Assembly (NCBI GenBank): GCA_001799635.1
Contig: MGTV01000048.1
Coordinates: 16,760-80,759 of the forward strand
Length of the DNA: 64,000 bases
Source: Elusimicrobia bacterium GWA2_62_23
Lineage (GTDB): Bacteria > Elusimicrobiota > Elusimicrobia > Elusimicrobiales > UBA9959
Direction of reading: 5' to 3'
The notes beneath the pieces were generated by a model. It had not been told where the DNA came from. It searched no databases and was given only the letters and a program-made list of their open reading frames with translations. Made by a program: the position numbers and the translations under genes. Of this stretch, positions 37,101-45,541 are shown piece after piece. Positions within the stretch are counted from its first letter, which is position 1. The number at the start of each line of letters is the position of its first letter.

Positions 37101-39883
37101 CAAACCACCGCTCCACCCTGCTGCCCAACGGCAAGCTTATGCTGACGGGGGGCGAGCGCTCGGGAGAGGCCCACTATATCGCGGAAGGCTACGACGTGGA
37201 TTTCAGCACTTTCCAATTCCAGGGTACCACGGAGAACCGCTCCAACCATACGGCCGTACTCACGTCCAGCGGCATGATAGTAGTAATAGGCGGTTGGGAC
37301 GGCGCCCAATACCTCGACAGCACCGAGATGGTCTATTTCAGCTACAACCCGGACAGCAACGGTTTCAGCGCGGCCGTTGCCCGCAATCCTGTCTTGTCCA
37401 CGGCTACGGCCCTGATAGACCGCGGGACACGCCTTACCCTGTTGAGCGCCACCTCCAATTTTCACAGTATCAGCGAAGCCTCCGGCGGCGGCGCGGGCTC
37501 CATGAATTCTTCTTTCCATAACCCGCGCGTCTACCTGCAGCAGGTGGACAGCCCCAGCGGCTTCCTGCTGGACATGACCACACGGCTGTACACACTGTAT
37601 AACGGCCCCAACATCGACTGGGACAAGACCGTCTCCTCCATAACAGTAGTAGTGCCGGCAACGGGTCCGGAGATACCTTATGGCTGGTACACCGCCCGGG
37701 TGGCCGCCAACGGCCAATTCTCCGCCGGCGTCCCCGTGCAGGTCGCCAGCCCACGCCCCACCGGCGCGCCGTCCTCGGCCACCGGCTCGGTGCTCGGCAC
37801 CAGTTCAATAACCTGGACCTGGGCCAATGGCTCGGTGGTCTCCGCGGATGGATACACCCTTTACTCCTCCAGCGACGGAGTGTTCATCTCAACGACATCT
37901 TTCGGGGCTACCGCTTCTTATACACAAACCGGCCTGCAGCCAAACACGCAGGTCTCCGTCAATATCTCGGCCTACAACATGGGCGGCGGCGGGCCCATGA
38001 CGCAGTCCTCCACTTATTACACGCTGGCCTCTACTCCTACCGCGCTGCGGGTGGACGACGCGAGCTTCACCACGGCCTTACTGGGTTGGGAGAAGAATAA
38101 CAATTCGCCCGCCACGCCTTTCGAACTTTCCATGTGCGCGGACGGGAACTTCAATAACCCGGTAATGATCTCCACGCCGATCCCTTTCAGCCTCAACTAC
38201 ACCAGCACCTACACGCTGCTGACCAGCCTTTCAGCCAACAAGATGTACTATTTCCGCGTACGGGCCCGCAACGGCGCCGGCATAATGACCGATTACGCGA
38301 ACATAGCCTCCACCATCACGGTGGCCGCCATCAACAACTTCACCGGCACGGCCGTGAGCACCCAGGCCATCAACTGGGCCTGGAGCTCCTCCACGGGCGC
38401 AGATTATTACGAGCTGTTCGACGTTTCCGGCGGCACCAGCTCCGTGGTCTTCGTGGGGTCCACCACCTACACCGACTACACGCAGGCGGGGCTTGAAGCC
38501 AACAGGCCATACGTCATCTCGGCCAGGGCCGTGAAGACCAATCCCGGCTACGGCCCGGTCAACGGCCCGCCCTCCAATCCCAGTACCGTGTATACGCTGG
38601 CCGTGACGCCTTCGGCTCACCCCAGCGACCCGTTCATAAACGTTACAACCGGCAGTTTCACCATAAACTGGCTGGCCAACGGCAATTCCACCTGGACCGC
38701 CTACGGAGTAGCTATTTCCACCGCCAGCGACTTCGACGAATTGGCAACCACCACTTCTTCAGTGGTGGGCGAGACAAAGTCCTTTGGCGGACTGGGCGCC
38801 AACACCAAGTATTACATCAAGTTGGCCGCAATAAACGGCGACGGCATCCCGTCGGCGGACCTTTCCATGGGCACCAAGTATACCCTGGCCCGCCCGCCGG
38901 TCAACGTTTATCCCGCGGACATCCAGATGTCCGGCGTGACCCTGGCCTGGGACCAGAACGCCAATTCCCCGGAGACCATCTACGAGGTGCGCGGCACTAC
39001 CAGCAGCTTCACCGACACCTACACCACCTACCTGGCCTTCTACCAGCTCTTCACCGGCAATTCGCATACCATGAGCGGCCTGCTGACCTCCACCACGTAT
39101 TACTTCGACGTGGCCGCCCGTAACGGCGAAGGCCTGATGTCGGCCCGGGCCCAGTCCGTGCCGCCGGCCTTCACCACGGCCGGCCCCAACGGCGCCCCGG
39201 CGGGCTCCATAGGCGGCGTTACCTCGCCCTCGGCCCAGACCACCATCCACGGCTGGCTGCCCAACACCCGCGAGATCACCCTGACCGTTCCGGCCGGGTC
39301 CTTCCCCGAGGCCACCTCCATAGCGGTTTCCTCGTCGGTAACCAGCGCCTGCGGCGGCTACACGGTCTGCGGCCGCACCATGGAAGTGGCGGTGTTCAGC
39401 GAGAACGGCGCGCAGCCCCAGGTGCCGGTGACGCTCGAGCTCGGCTACGAGTGCACCATAACGGACACCTCCAAGCTGGTCATGGCCCGCTACAACCCCG
39501 TGTCGGGCCAGTGCCTGCCGCTGGAGACCAAGATAGACCCTGGCACGCGCAAGATCACCGCGACCCTCAACCATTTCAGCGTGTTCCAGCTGATGGTCCG
39601 CAACGCCGCCTCCAGCCTGAGCGACGTGCTGATCTACCCCAATCCTTTCCGCACCAACCGCGGCAACGGCTTCGTGACCATAGCCAACATGCCCGCCGCC
39701 GCCAAGGTGCGCCTCTACACCCTCTCAGGCGACAAGGTGTGGGAGGGGACCGCCGACAATACCGGCATCATCATCTGGCGCGGCGTCAACAAGGCCGGCG
39801 AGCAGGTGGCCAGCGGTATCTACCTGGCCGTCATAGATTCCAGTTCCGGCAAGAAGGTCTTTAAGCTGGCGGTGGAAAGGTAA
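34196..39883 (+). CDS. Large secreted Kelch-repeat/FN3 protein with T9SS-type-A-like (FlgD-Ig) C-terminal domain
   Basis: ATG 34196, signal peptide ending AFA; two clusters of R..HTATLL.NG.VL..GG repeats; about 5 FN3 domains; C-terminal IYPNPF...LYTLSG...VASGIYL...KLAVER. Confidence 0.85.
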   Translation: MTFRKVFLFIALPLSLSAQSAFALNTGRHGHTTTLLPDGNILVTGGVTGAANVPTNSDEIYFTSAAAFGFGSASGMIISVASHTATLMGNGVVLVAGGFNAGVPVQQASLYNAKTGAWTDLGNAMTTRRGGHTATLISKGANSGKVLICGGQTNVAGIQTITDSCEIYSPNVSNPLAGTFAAVQPMSSERIGHSASAIAGGRVFVSGGRRWDVANTTWTYLSTNEIYDPTNNQWQPVTALNTGRTDHSAVVLNNGSIMISGGYNGVNKIDSPEEYWYRTPEGAAAGHTPGSKGYLESAEIFDSYGGRVPISGTDYLVMPYRNSKHAAALTGDGRMHMYGGYGNIPPTYFSPSLVVQSGQLNLTKTDITTATINSTSMLQFLGELNLSRSVSGRLVDADIFLSRPSIAATPSITASNASAYLGYATVRADGSAVGVTAGLAPGEFRDILTLGTALGGTPPTGRVVFSPQQVTARPTPAGAGSQFCFVPTPLPPQNPAVPLTAGSRLDMTLAFDVPAVYIGGVISGSVTINSGSISDDMGFWVVNLTTGTTQFTSGTVYLDIVTGMGVASGNVSFTNIEGTVLNSTVTALTSCIATTANDSVPSLSLRASYTSSLINIDGLSYNVDRSSFVIREMIFADDLGYSPAGSSWEFGPTLYPIFNNTALVTPGADVLITGGRTCDQEGAPGFDCLRTNKVFTASRGAGAFISQNLSGWPNVGNLLRKRAFHSSTLLPNGRILTCGGADGTETLDSCELFNINTQVWTSAGRMNSPRSRHTATLLPNGRVLAAGGTISSSTHTITTAEIYYPDTDRWIPVNSMTYPRANHSAVLMPDGNVLMAGGDTINGYSATSELFITTSTVWVTVGSMATGRAQHTATLLRDGNVMVTGGINGTGPLKSMEIYDGNLRTWSEPGYDMQVRRYAHTANLLLDGRVMVTGGSNGTGALPQAEIFSGTSWRRTTELGGNDMLVARANHRSTLLPNGKLMLTGGERSGEAHYIAEGYDVDFSTFQFQGTTENRSNHTAVLTSSGMIVVIGGWDGAQYLDSTEMVYFSYNPDSNGFSAAVARNPVLSTATALIDRGTRLTLLSATSNFHSISEASGGGAGSMNSSFHNPRVYLQQVDSPSGFLLDMTTRLYTLYNGPNIDWDKTVSSITVVVPATGPEIPYGWYTARVAANGQFSAGVPVQVASPRPTGAPSSATGSVLGTSSITWTWANGSVVSADGYTLYSSSDGVFISTTSFGATASYTQTGLQPNTQVSVNISAYNMGGGGPMTQSSTYYTLASTPTALRVDDASFTTALLGWEKNNNSPATPFELSMCADGNFNNPVMISTPIPFSLNYTSTYTLLTSLSANKMYYFRVRARNGAGIMTDYANIASTITVAAINNFTGTAVSTQAINWAWSSSTGADYYELFDVSGGTSSVVFVGSTTYTDYTQAGLEANRPYVISARAVKTNPGYGPVNGPPSNPSTVYTLAVTPSAHPSDPFINVTTGSFTINWLANGNSTWTAYGVAISTASDFDELATTTSSVVGETKSFGGLGANTKYYIKLAAINGDGIPSADLSMGTKYTLARPPVNVYPADIQMSGVTLAWDQNANSPETIYEVRGTTSSFTDTYTTYLAFYQLFTGNSHTMSGLLTSTTYYFDVAARNGEGLMSARAQSVPPAFTTAGPNGAPAGSIGGVTSPSAQTTIHGWLPNTREITLTVPAGSFPEATSIAVSSSVTSACGGYTVCGRTMEVAVFSENGAQPQVPVTLELGYECTITDTSKLVMARYNPVSGQCLPLETKIDPGTRKITATLNHFSVFQLMVRNAASSLSDVLIYPNPFRTNRGNGFVTIANMPAAAKVRLYTLSGDKVWEGTADNTGIIIWRGVNKAGEQVASGIYLAVIDSSSGKKVFKLAVER

Positions 39884-39885
39884 GT

Positions 39886-40935
39886 ATGAAAGGGCTCAAT
39901 ACCAGGACAGCTCTCCGCCCGGCGCTCGCCGCCGCGCTGGTCCTTTGCCTCGCCGCCGCCGCCCGGGCCGCCGAGGAGCCCCGCTATTTCTCGTCCAAGG
40001 CGGTGGGCACCACCACCGCCGACTTCCTGAACCTGCCCGTAGGGGCCAGGGCCGCCGCCATGGGCGGCGCCTACTCCGCCATCGCCGAGGAAGCCTCGGC
40101 CATCTACTGGAACCCGGCCGGCCTGGTGCAGATCCCCAAGCTTTCGGCCGTGTTCATGCGCGCCCAGTACCTGGAGGAGATCAGCTACCAGTACGCCGCC
40201 TACGCCCACCGCCTCTCCTACGACTCGGTGCTGGCTGGCTCAGTGCTCCTCACCGACATCGGCTCCATCGACCAGACCGACATCTCCGGCAACAAGCTCG
40301 GCACCTTCACGCCGCGCGACCAGGTGTTCACGCTCTCCTACAGCAAGGCCATCCTGGAGTTCTCGGACAAGGACATAGACGTTTCCATAGGCGTATCCGC
40401 CAAGTACATCAAGTCCAAGATCGTGGGCTCGGCCAAGAGCTACGCCGGCGACATCGGCATCATGACCTACAACTTTGGCGACATCCCGTACCGCCTGGCC
40501 GTCACGGCCACCAACATAGGCGGCGGGCTGCGCTACGACACGGAATCAAACCCGCTGCCGCTCACCTTCAAACTGGGCGCCGCGGTGAACCCTTTCCGCA
40601 ACATGCTGTTCTCCACCGACGTGGTCTTCCCCAAGCAGAACAAGCCCAACGTGCTGCTGGGCGGCGAACTGGCCACCACGCCCAACGAACTCACCCGCTT
40701 CTGCGTGCGCGCAGGCCTCAACACCCAGCAGATGAGCGACGGCCTGACGGGCATGTCCTTCGGCCTCGGCGCCACCCTGCACTTCTTCTCGCTGGACTAC
40801 GCCTTCGTGCCGATGGGGGAACTGGGCACCACGCACCGCATCTCCCTGACCTTCGACTTCCCTTTCCGCAGCCCGGTCTTCCAGCGCAGGGACCGCACCA
40901 TCTTCACCAAAATGAAGGGCATCTCCTTCAAATAA
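39886..40935 (+). CDS. PorV/PorQ-family outer-membrane beta-barrel protein
   Basis: Signal peptide; FLNLPVGARAAAMGGAY...AIYWNPAGL; C-terminal LDYAFVPMGELGTTHRISL. Confidence 0.85.
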   Translation: MKGLNTRTALRPALAAALVLCLAAAARAAEEPRYFSSKAVGTTTADFLNLPVGARAAAMGGAYSAIAEEASAIYWNPAGLVQIPKLSAVFMRAQYLEEISYQYAAYAHRLSYDSVLAGSVLLTDIGSIDQTDISGNKLGTFTPRDQVFTLSYSKAILEFSDKDIDVSIGVSAKYIKSKIVGSAKSYAGDIGIMTYNFGDIPYRLAVTATNIGGGLRYDTESNPLPLTFKLGAAVNPFRNMLFSTDVVFPKQNKPNVLLGGELATTPNELTRFCVRAGLNTQQMSDGLTGMSFGLGATLHFFSLDYAFVPMGELGTTHRISLTFDFPFRSPVFQRRDRTIFTKMKGISFK

Positions 40936-40954
40936 CCCGGGCTTAACGCCCCCC

Positions 40955-40992
40955 CGGGGCGGGAGCGGCCAAGCCGCCCCGCCCTATTTTTT
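40955..40992 (+). terminator. Intrinsic terminator
   Basis: GGGGCGGGAGCGGC-CAA-GCCGCCCCGCCCT followed by ATTTTTT. Confidence 0.7.
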
Positions 40993-40999
40993 GCCCCGG

Positions 41000-41028
41000 T
41001 TGACACCCCCCGGCAAATAATATAGATT
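41000..41028 (+). promoter_or_regulatory. Sigma70-type promoter of speD-speE-dksA
   Basis: TTGACA-17 nt-TAGATT. Confidence 0.7.
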
Positions 41029-41046
41029 GTTAGACCGGAAAACACC

Positions 41047-41442
41047 ATGAAAGCCCTCGGACAACATCTGATACTGGAACTTTACGGCTGCAGCTCCGAT
41101 ACGCTGTCGTCGGTGGCCGACGTGCAGGACGCCATGATCAAGGGCGCCACGGCGGCCGGGGCCACTATCATAGATTCCATCTTCCACCATTTCAAGCCCT
41201 ACGGGGTTTCCGGCGTGGTGGTCATAGCGGAATCCCATTTCGCCATCCATACCTGGCCCGAGCACAATTTCGCCTCGGTGGACCTGTTCACCTGCGGCGA
41301 GACCACCCGGCCATGGGAAGCTTTCAAAGTGGTGAAGAAGCTCTTCAAAGCCACCCACTTCAGCGTGATGAAGCTGGAGCGCGGCCTGCTGCCCAAGGCC
41401 CCGGCCAGGCGGCGCCCCGCCCGCAAGGCGGCCGCCCGATGA
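41047..41442 (+). CDS. speD: S-adenosylmethionine decarboxylase proenzyme
   Basis: GQHLILELYGC, GVSGVVVIAESHFAIHTWPE (E/S cleavage site), VDLFTCG. Confidence 0.95.
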   Translation: MKALGQHLILELYGCSSDTLSSVADVQDAMIKGATAAGATIIDSIFHHFKPYGVSGVVVIAESHFAIHTWPEHNFASVDLFTCGETTRPWEAFKVVKKLFKATHFSVMKLERGLLPKAPARRRPARKAAAR

Positions 41443-42410
41443 AGCGCGCGGCCTTCGACTGGATCAAGCCGGGCGCCAAGGGCCTGCCGCCGGGCCGCTG
41501 GTTCGTGGAATATTTCACGCCTGGCGAACTGCACGCCCACAAGGCGCTGGAAGTGCTGGAAACCTCCAATACGGCCTTCCAGCAGGCCACGCTGCTGCGC
41601 ACCCATACTTTCGGCAAAGTCCTGGTCCTCGACGGGGAAACGCAGTCCAGCCAGTACGACGAGGCCTTCTACCACGAGTCGCTGGTCTGCCCGGCCCTGC
41701 TGGCCCATCCGCGCCCCCGCCGGGCCCTGATCCTGGGCGGGGGGGAAGGCGCAACCGCCAGGGAACTCCTCAACGACCGGGGCATGGGGCAGGTGGTAAT
41801 GGCGGACATAGATTACAACATCCTGCGCTTCGCCCGGGAACACCTGGGCGACTGGCACCGCGGGGCTTTCGCGGACCCGCGCCTGCGCCTGCTGGCCCAG
41901 GACGCCAGGAAGCTCGTGGAGAACACGCGGCTGAAGTTCGACCTCATCTATTCCGACCTGCCCAGCCCCATAGAGGGCGGCCCGGCTTTCTCGCTCTACA
42001 CCGTGGAATTCTTCCGCCGCCTGAAAAAGACGCTCGCCCCCGGCGGCGTCTTCACCATCCAGGCCGGCCCCGGCACCCCGCTGCAGTTCGACCTGCACCC
42101 GGCCATCTTCAATACGCTTAAAAAAGTTTTCCGCTTCACGGGCAGCTATTCCACGTTCATTCCTTCTTTCGACATGCCCTGGACTTTCATCTACTGCACG
42201 GATTCCCCCGCGCTGGCCCCGGAGCGGCTTAAAGCCGCCGCGCTCGACGGGGCCGCGAAGGCCAGGCTTAAGCGCCGTCTGAGATATTCCGACGGGCGAA
42301 CCATCACCGGGGCCTTCGTCCTGCCCAAGTATTACAGGGACCGGATAAAGGCCTCGCGCGCCGTCATAACCGAGGCGCGCCCTATGTTTTTCAGCACTTC
42401 CCATCACTAG
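41439..42410 (+). CDS. speE: Spermidine synthase / polyamine aminopropyltransferase
   Basis: ATGA overlap at 41439; FGKVLVLDGETQS...DEAFYHESLV, LILGGGEGATARE, LYTVEFF. Confidence 0.9.
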   Translation: MKRAAFDWIKPGAKGLPPGRWFVEYFTPGELHAHKALEVLETSNTAFQQATLLRTHTFGKVLVLDGETQSSQYDEAFYHESLVCPALLAHPRPRRALILGGGEGATARELLNDRGMGQVVMADIDYNILRFAREHLGDWHRGAFADPRLRLLAQDARKLVENTRLKFDLIYSDLPSPIEGGPAFSLYTVEFFRRLKKTLAPGGVFTIQAGPGTPLQFDLHPAIFNTLKKVFRFTGSYSTFIPSFDMPWTFIYCTDSPALAPERLKAAALDGAAKARLKRRLRYSDGRTITGAFVLPKYYRDRIKASRAVITEARPMFFSTSHH

Positions 42411-42431
42411 CACGGAGCAACGGAGCGGATC

Positions 42432-42932
42432 ATGAAAAAAACAAAAAAAGCAGTCAGGAAGCCGGCCGCCAAAGCGGCCGGGAACAAGAAGCCCGGCAAG
42501 ACCGCCGTGAAGGCCGCGACGCGCCGCGCCGCCAAGCCGGTTGCCAGGCCGGCGGCCAAAGCGGCTCCCGCCAAGGACGCGCTGAGCCGGGTTGAGGTGG
42601 CCGAGATAGCCGCCAAGCTCAGCGAGATGAAGACCGATATCGCCAAGAACGTCGAGGACAAGCGCAACCTGGACATGGGCGAGCCCGAGGTGGGCGACTC
42701 CATAGACCAGGCCACCCAGAGCCTGGACAAGGAGATCCTCTTCGAGCTGTCCGACAACGAGCGCAAGATGCTCGGCGACATAGAAGCGGCCCTGCGTAAG
42801 ATGGAAAAGGGCACCTACGGCCTCTGCGAGCACTGCAAGCGGACCATAGAGAAGAAGCGCATCAAGGCGCTCCCGTCGGCCCGCTACTGCATGTCCTGCC
42901 AGAGCGGCTCCGAGAAGACCCGGGGGGAATAA
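42432..42932 (+). CDS. dksA: DksA/TraR family C4 zinc-finger protein with Lys/Ala-rich N-terminus
   Basis: GDSIDQA (DxxDxA), GTYGLCEHC...RIKALPSARYCMSC. Confidence 0.85.
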   Translation: MKKTKKAVRKPAAKAAGNKKPGKTAVKAATRRAAKPVARPAAKAAPAKDALSRVEVAEIAAKLSEMKTDIAKNVEDKRNLDMGEPEVGDSIDQATQSLDKEILFELSDNERKMLGDIEAALRKMEKGTYGLCEHCKRTIEKKRIKALPSARYCMSCQSGSEKTRGE

Positions 42933-42954
42933 CCCCGAGGCCGTCCGGCAAAAT

Positions 42955-42985
42955 AAAAAACCCCGCCGCGAGGCGGGGTTTTTTT
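42955..42985. terminator. Bidirectional intrinsic terminator
   Basis: AAAAAACCCCGCC-GCGA-GGCGGGGTTTTTTT between convergent genes. Confidence 0.9.
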
Positions 42986-43001
42986 GCGCTGCGGCGCTCC
43001 C

Positions 43002-43886
43002 TTACGGCATGTTGGGAGCGTCCTGGCGGGAGGAGATCTGCACCTCCGTCTTGCGCCAGTTGCGGGCCTTGGCAGTTATGGTGAACCGGCGGCCGTTGGA
43101 GATGAAGGTGAGGGTGCCGGGCTCGAGGGTCTTGTAGAGTTCGGCCCGCACGGCGTTGACGTTGCCCGTCAGGTCGGCCAGGTCTTTCAGTTCGTTGGTA
43201 TAGTGGCCCTCGCGAAGCATATAGATCTCTTCCAGCTTGGCCAGCTTGGAGATGGTGCGGTGGGCCGCCACTATCTGGGCCTTCTCTCCGGGGGAAAGCT
43301 TCAGCACCGTCTGGTTCAGCCAGGACCCGACCAGGATGGCCATGATGCCCCAGGAGAAAGCGAGGATCAGCCCGTTGGCCACTTCGCCGCGCTCCTTCAC
43401 GCTTATCACCTTGCTGCCGGCCACGTAGTCGTGCAGGGCCCGCTTGCCGGGCGTCACCAGGGCGGCCAGGTACCCCAGGTTAAGGGTGGCGGAACTGAGG
43501 AAGTAACCCAGCGCCCGTACCAGCGCGCGCGGCAGCGACAGGTCGCTTCCGTCCGCGGCCCGGACCCTGATACCCATGATGAGTTTGCCCACGGTGGCGC
43601 GGCCGCCGCTGGAAAGGATGGTCTCGTAAAGCACGTAGGCCGCTATCCAGAGCAGCTTCCAGCGCCACTCGTTGGCGGCCGTATAGGCCATGACGCCGGC
43701 TTTTACCATGGCGTTGAGCGAAAGGTAGGTGCCCAGCACGAAGGGGAAGGCGTCTATCACGTAGGCTAGGAAGCGCTCGTTGAAACCCGCGGGAGCGGGC
43801 CCTTCGGGCTCGAAAGCCTCCGGCTCCGGGGCATCCGGCAACGGCAACGGCGACAACGGCTCTATCTTGAACTCTTCGTTCTCCAT
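43002..43886 (-). CDS. RDD family membrane protein with C-terminal pilin-head-like domain
   Basis: AGFNERFLAYVID, ATVGKLIMGIRV, KRALHDYVAGSKV; then an extra TM and a roughly 95-aa domain. Confidence 0.85.
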   Translation of the reverse strand: MENEEFKIEPLSPLPLPDAPEPEAFEPEGPAPAGFNERFLAYVIDAFPFVLGTYLSLNAMVKAGVMAYTAANEWRWKLLWIAAYVLYETILSSGGRATVGKLIMGIRVRAADGSDLSLPRALVRALGYFLSSATLNLGYLAALVTPGKRALHDYVAGSKVISVKERGEVANGLILAFSWGIMAILVGSWLNQTVLKLSPGEKAQIVAAHRTISKLAKLEEIYMLREGHYTNELKDLADLTGNVNAVRAELYKTLEPGTLTFISNGRRFTITAKARNWRKTEVQISSRQDAPNMP

Positions 43887-43990
43887 AAAATTGTCCGCCT
43901 TCTTCCTGAAAAATCAACCGCCCCATAATTATATAAACATTTTTCGCGCTATTTGAATACAGGGGACAAATTGACTAGAATATAACTCTG

Positions 43991-44815
43991 ATGTGCAGGG
44001 TCACCGCCATACTTTCGGCCGCCAAGGCCGCCCATACGGACCTCCTCTGTGAGGGGCCGCGTTCCCTGCTGGCGCAGGGCGAAGTCGCGGCCCGGCCGCA
44101 GGACGACGGCTGGGGCATAGCCCGCCTCGACGCCCGCGGCAAGGCGCTGCTGGCCAAAAGCCCGCGCCCGGCGCGTCTGGAAAAGCCGGCTTTCCGCAAG
44201 GCGGCCGCCGCTCCCGCGCGGGTGGTGCTGGCGCATTTGCGCGACGCCTCCAACCCGGCCAAACTGCCCAAGGCCCGCCTGGTGGGCCCGCGCAACACCC
44301 AGCCCTTCGCCGGGGAAGGCCTGCTCTTCGGCCACAACGGCACGCTTTTCATCAAGGACGAGATCCGCTCGCTGCTCGGCAAATACGCCGCCCGCGTGAA
44401 AGGCGTCAACGATTCCGAAGTCCTTTTCTGGCAGGTGGTGAAGATGCTAGACGCCTACGGCGACCCGGCGCTGGCGCTGGAGATGGCCCTGGACGAGATC
44501 CGCACGGTCTGGGTGTCCTGCCGCGGCAAGTACCCCGGGCTCAAGGCGCCCTACCGCGGCCTCAACCTGTACCTGGCCGGGCCCGACAGCCTTACCGTGC
44601 TCTGCCACTGGCCTGGCAAGAACAAGCCCGCGCTGCTGGCCCCCGGCTGGAAATTCGGCCAGGTGGCGTGGCGCATGGAGAAAGGCCGCGTGGTCTTCTC
44701 CAGCGAACCCTCCGACGCGCGCCCCGGCTGGCGCAGGATGAACGATTCGGAAATAGCCGTGGCCTCCGTGAAAGGCGGCCGCCTGCAGCTTTCCTTCAGG
44801 AGGATACCCGCATGA
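43991..44815 (+). CDS. Class II glutamine amidotransferase (YafJ/EgtC-like)
   Basis: MCR N-terminal nucleophile, DGWGIA, AHLRDAS, NTQPF, HNG, NDSE, SSEP. Confidence 0.9.
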   Translation: MCRVTAILSAAKAAHTDLLCEGPRSLLAQGEVAARPQDDGWGIARLDARGKALLAKSPRPARLEKPAFRKAAAAPARVVLAHLRDASNPAKLPKARLVGPRNTQPFAGEGLLFGHNGTLFIKDEIRSLLGKYAARVKGVNDSEVLFWQVVKMLDAYGDPALALEMALDEIRTVWVSCRGKYPGLKAPYRGLNLYLAGPDSLTVLCHWPGKNKPALLAPGWKFGQVAWRMEKGRVVFSSEPSDARPGWRRMNDSEIAVASVKGGRLQLSFRRIPA

Positions 44816-45435
44816 AATGGTTCCTGATGCTTCTGATCTTCGTTTCCGGCATCTACTACATGGTGAGCCAGCACAAGCAGGAAGCCCGCAAAAAGGAAAT
44901 GGTCGAACTGGCCAAGAAGGACCAGCTCAAAACTCTCGAAGAGCCGCCGCTGCCAGCCAAGACCGAAAGGCTTTACCTGATGAAGTTCTCCCTGCAGACC
45001 ATCAAGACCCTCCGCGGCCTCACCCAGGACGCCAACGAGAAGGTGCGCTTCGCCGCGGCCGAGCTGCTCTGGCAGCTCCAGGACGAGAGCGCCCCCGCGG
45101 TCATCCGCTCCATGTTCGAGAACGAGACCGAGCAGGTGGTCAAGAAACAGCTCATAGACATGCTCTCCAAGGACAAGAGCAAGCTCAGCCTGGCCCTACT
45201 CGGCGAAGCCCTCAAGGACTACGACCGCGAGACCCGCCTGCAGGCCATAGAGGCCATCGGCAATTTCTGCAGCAAGGAAGCCATAGTGTCCCTCAACAAG
45301 GCGCTCGAAGACTACGACGAGGAAGTCCGCCTCAAGTCGCTCGAAGCCGTCAACCGGATCCGCCGCGACATCGAAGCCCACAAGGAGCAGCAGCTCCGCG
45401 AAATAGAGAACAAGCCGCTGTTCCGCATAGAGTAG
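44812..45435 (+). CDS. Membrane-anchored HEAT-repeat protein
   Basis: ATG 44812 with AGGAGG RBS; TM, then D.N..VRFAAA, ALKD.D.ETRLQA, ALED.DEEVR repeats. Confidence 0.8.
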   Translation: MKWFLMLLIFVSGIYYMVSQHKQEARKKEMVELAKKDQLKTLEEPPLPAKTERLYLMKFSLQTIKTLRGLTQDANEKVRFAAAELLWQLQDESAPAVIRSMFENETEQVVKKQLIDMLSKDKSKLSLALLGEALKDYDRETRLQAIEAIGNFCSKEAIVSLNKALEDYDEEVRLKSLEAVNRIRRDIEAHKEQQLREIENKPLFRIE

Positions 45436-45541
45436 CCGCGCCCGAAACCGGCGCCGCGCTTGATTTTTTTTTAGGAAATTAAATAAAATTTCCTGAAAAT
45501 TCGGTCACCCGCAACTCCGGAAACACCCCAAGGAGCATCAC

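Noticed and set aside
33365-40935. Genomic island integrated at tRNA-Gly
   Set aside because: No integrase, and I found no distal direct repeat of the tRNA 3' end bounding the downstream genes; only local copies occur within 130 nt.
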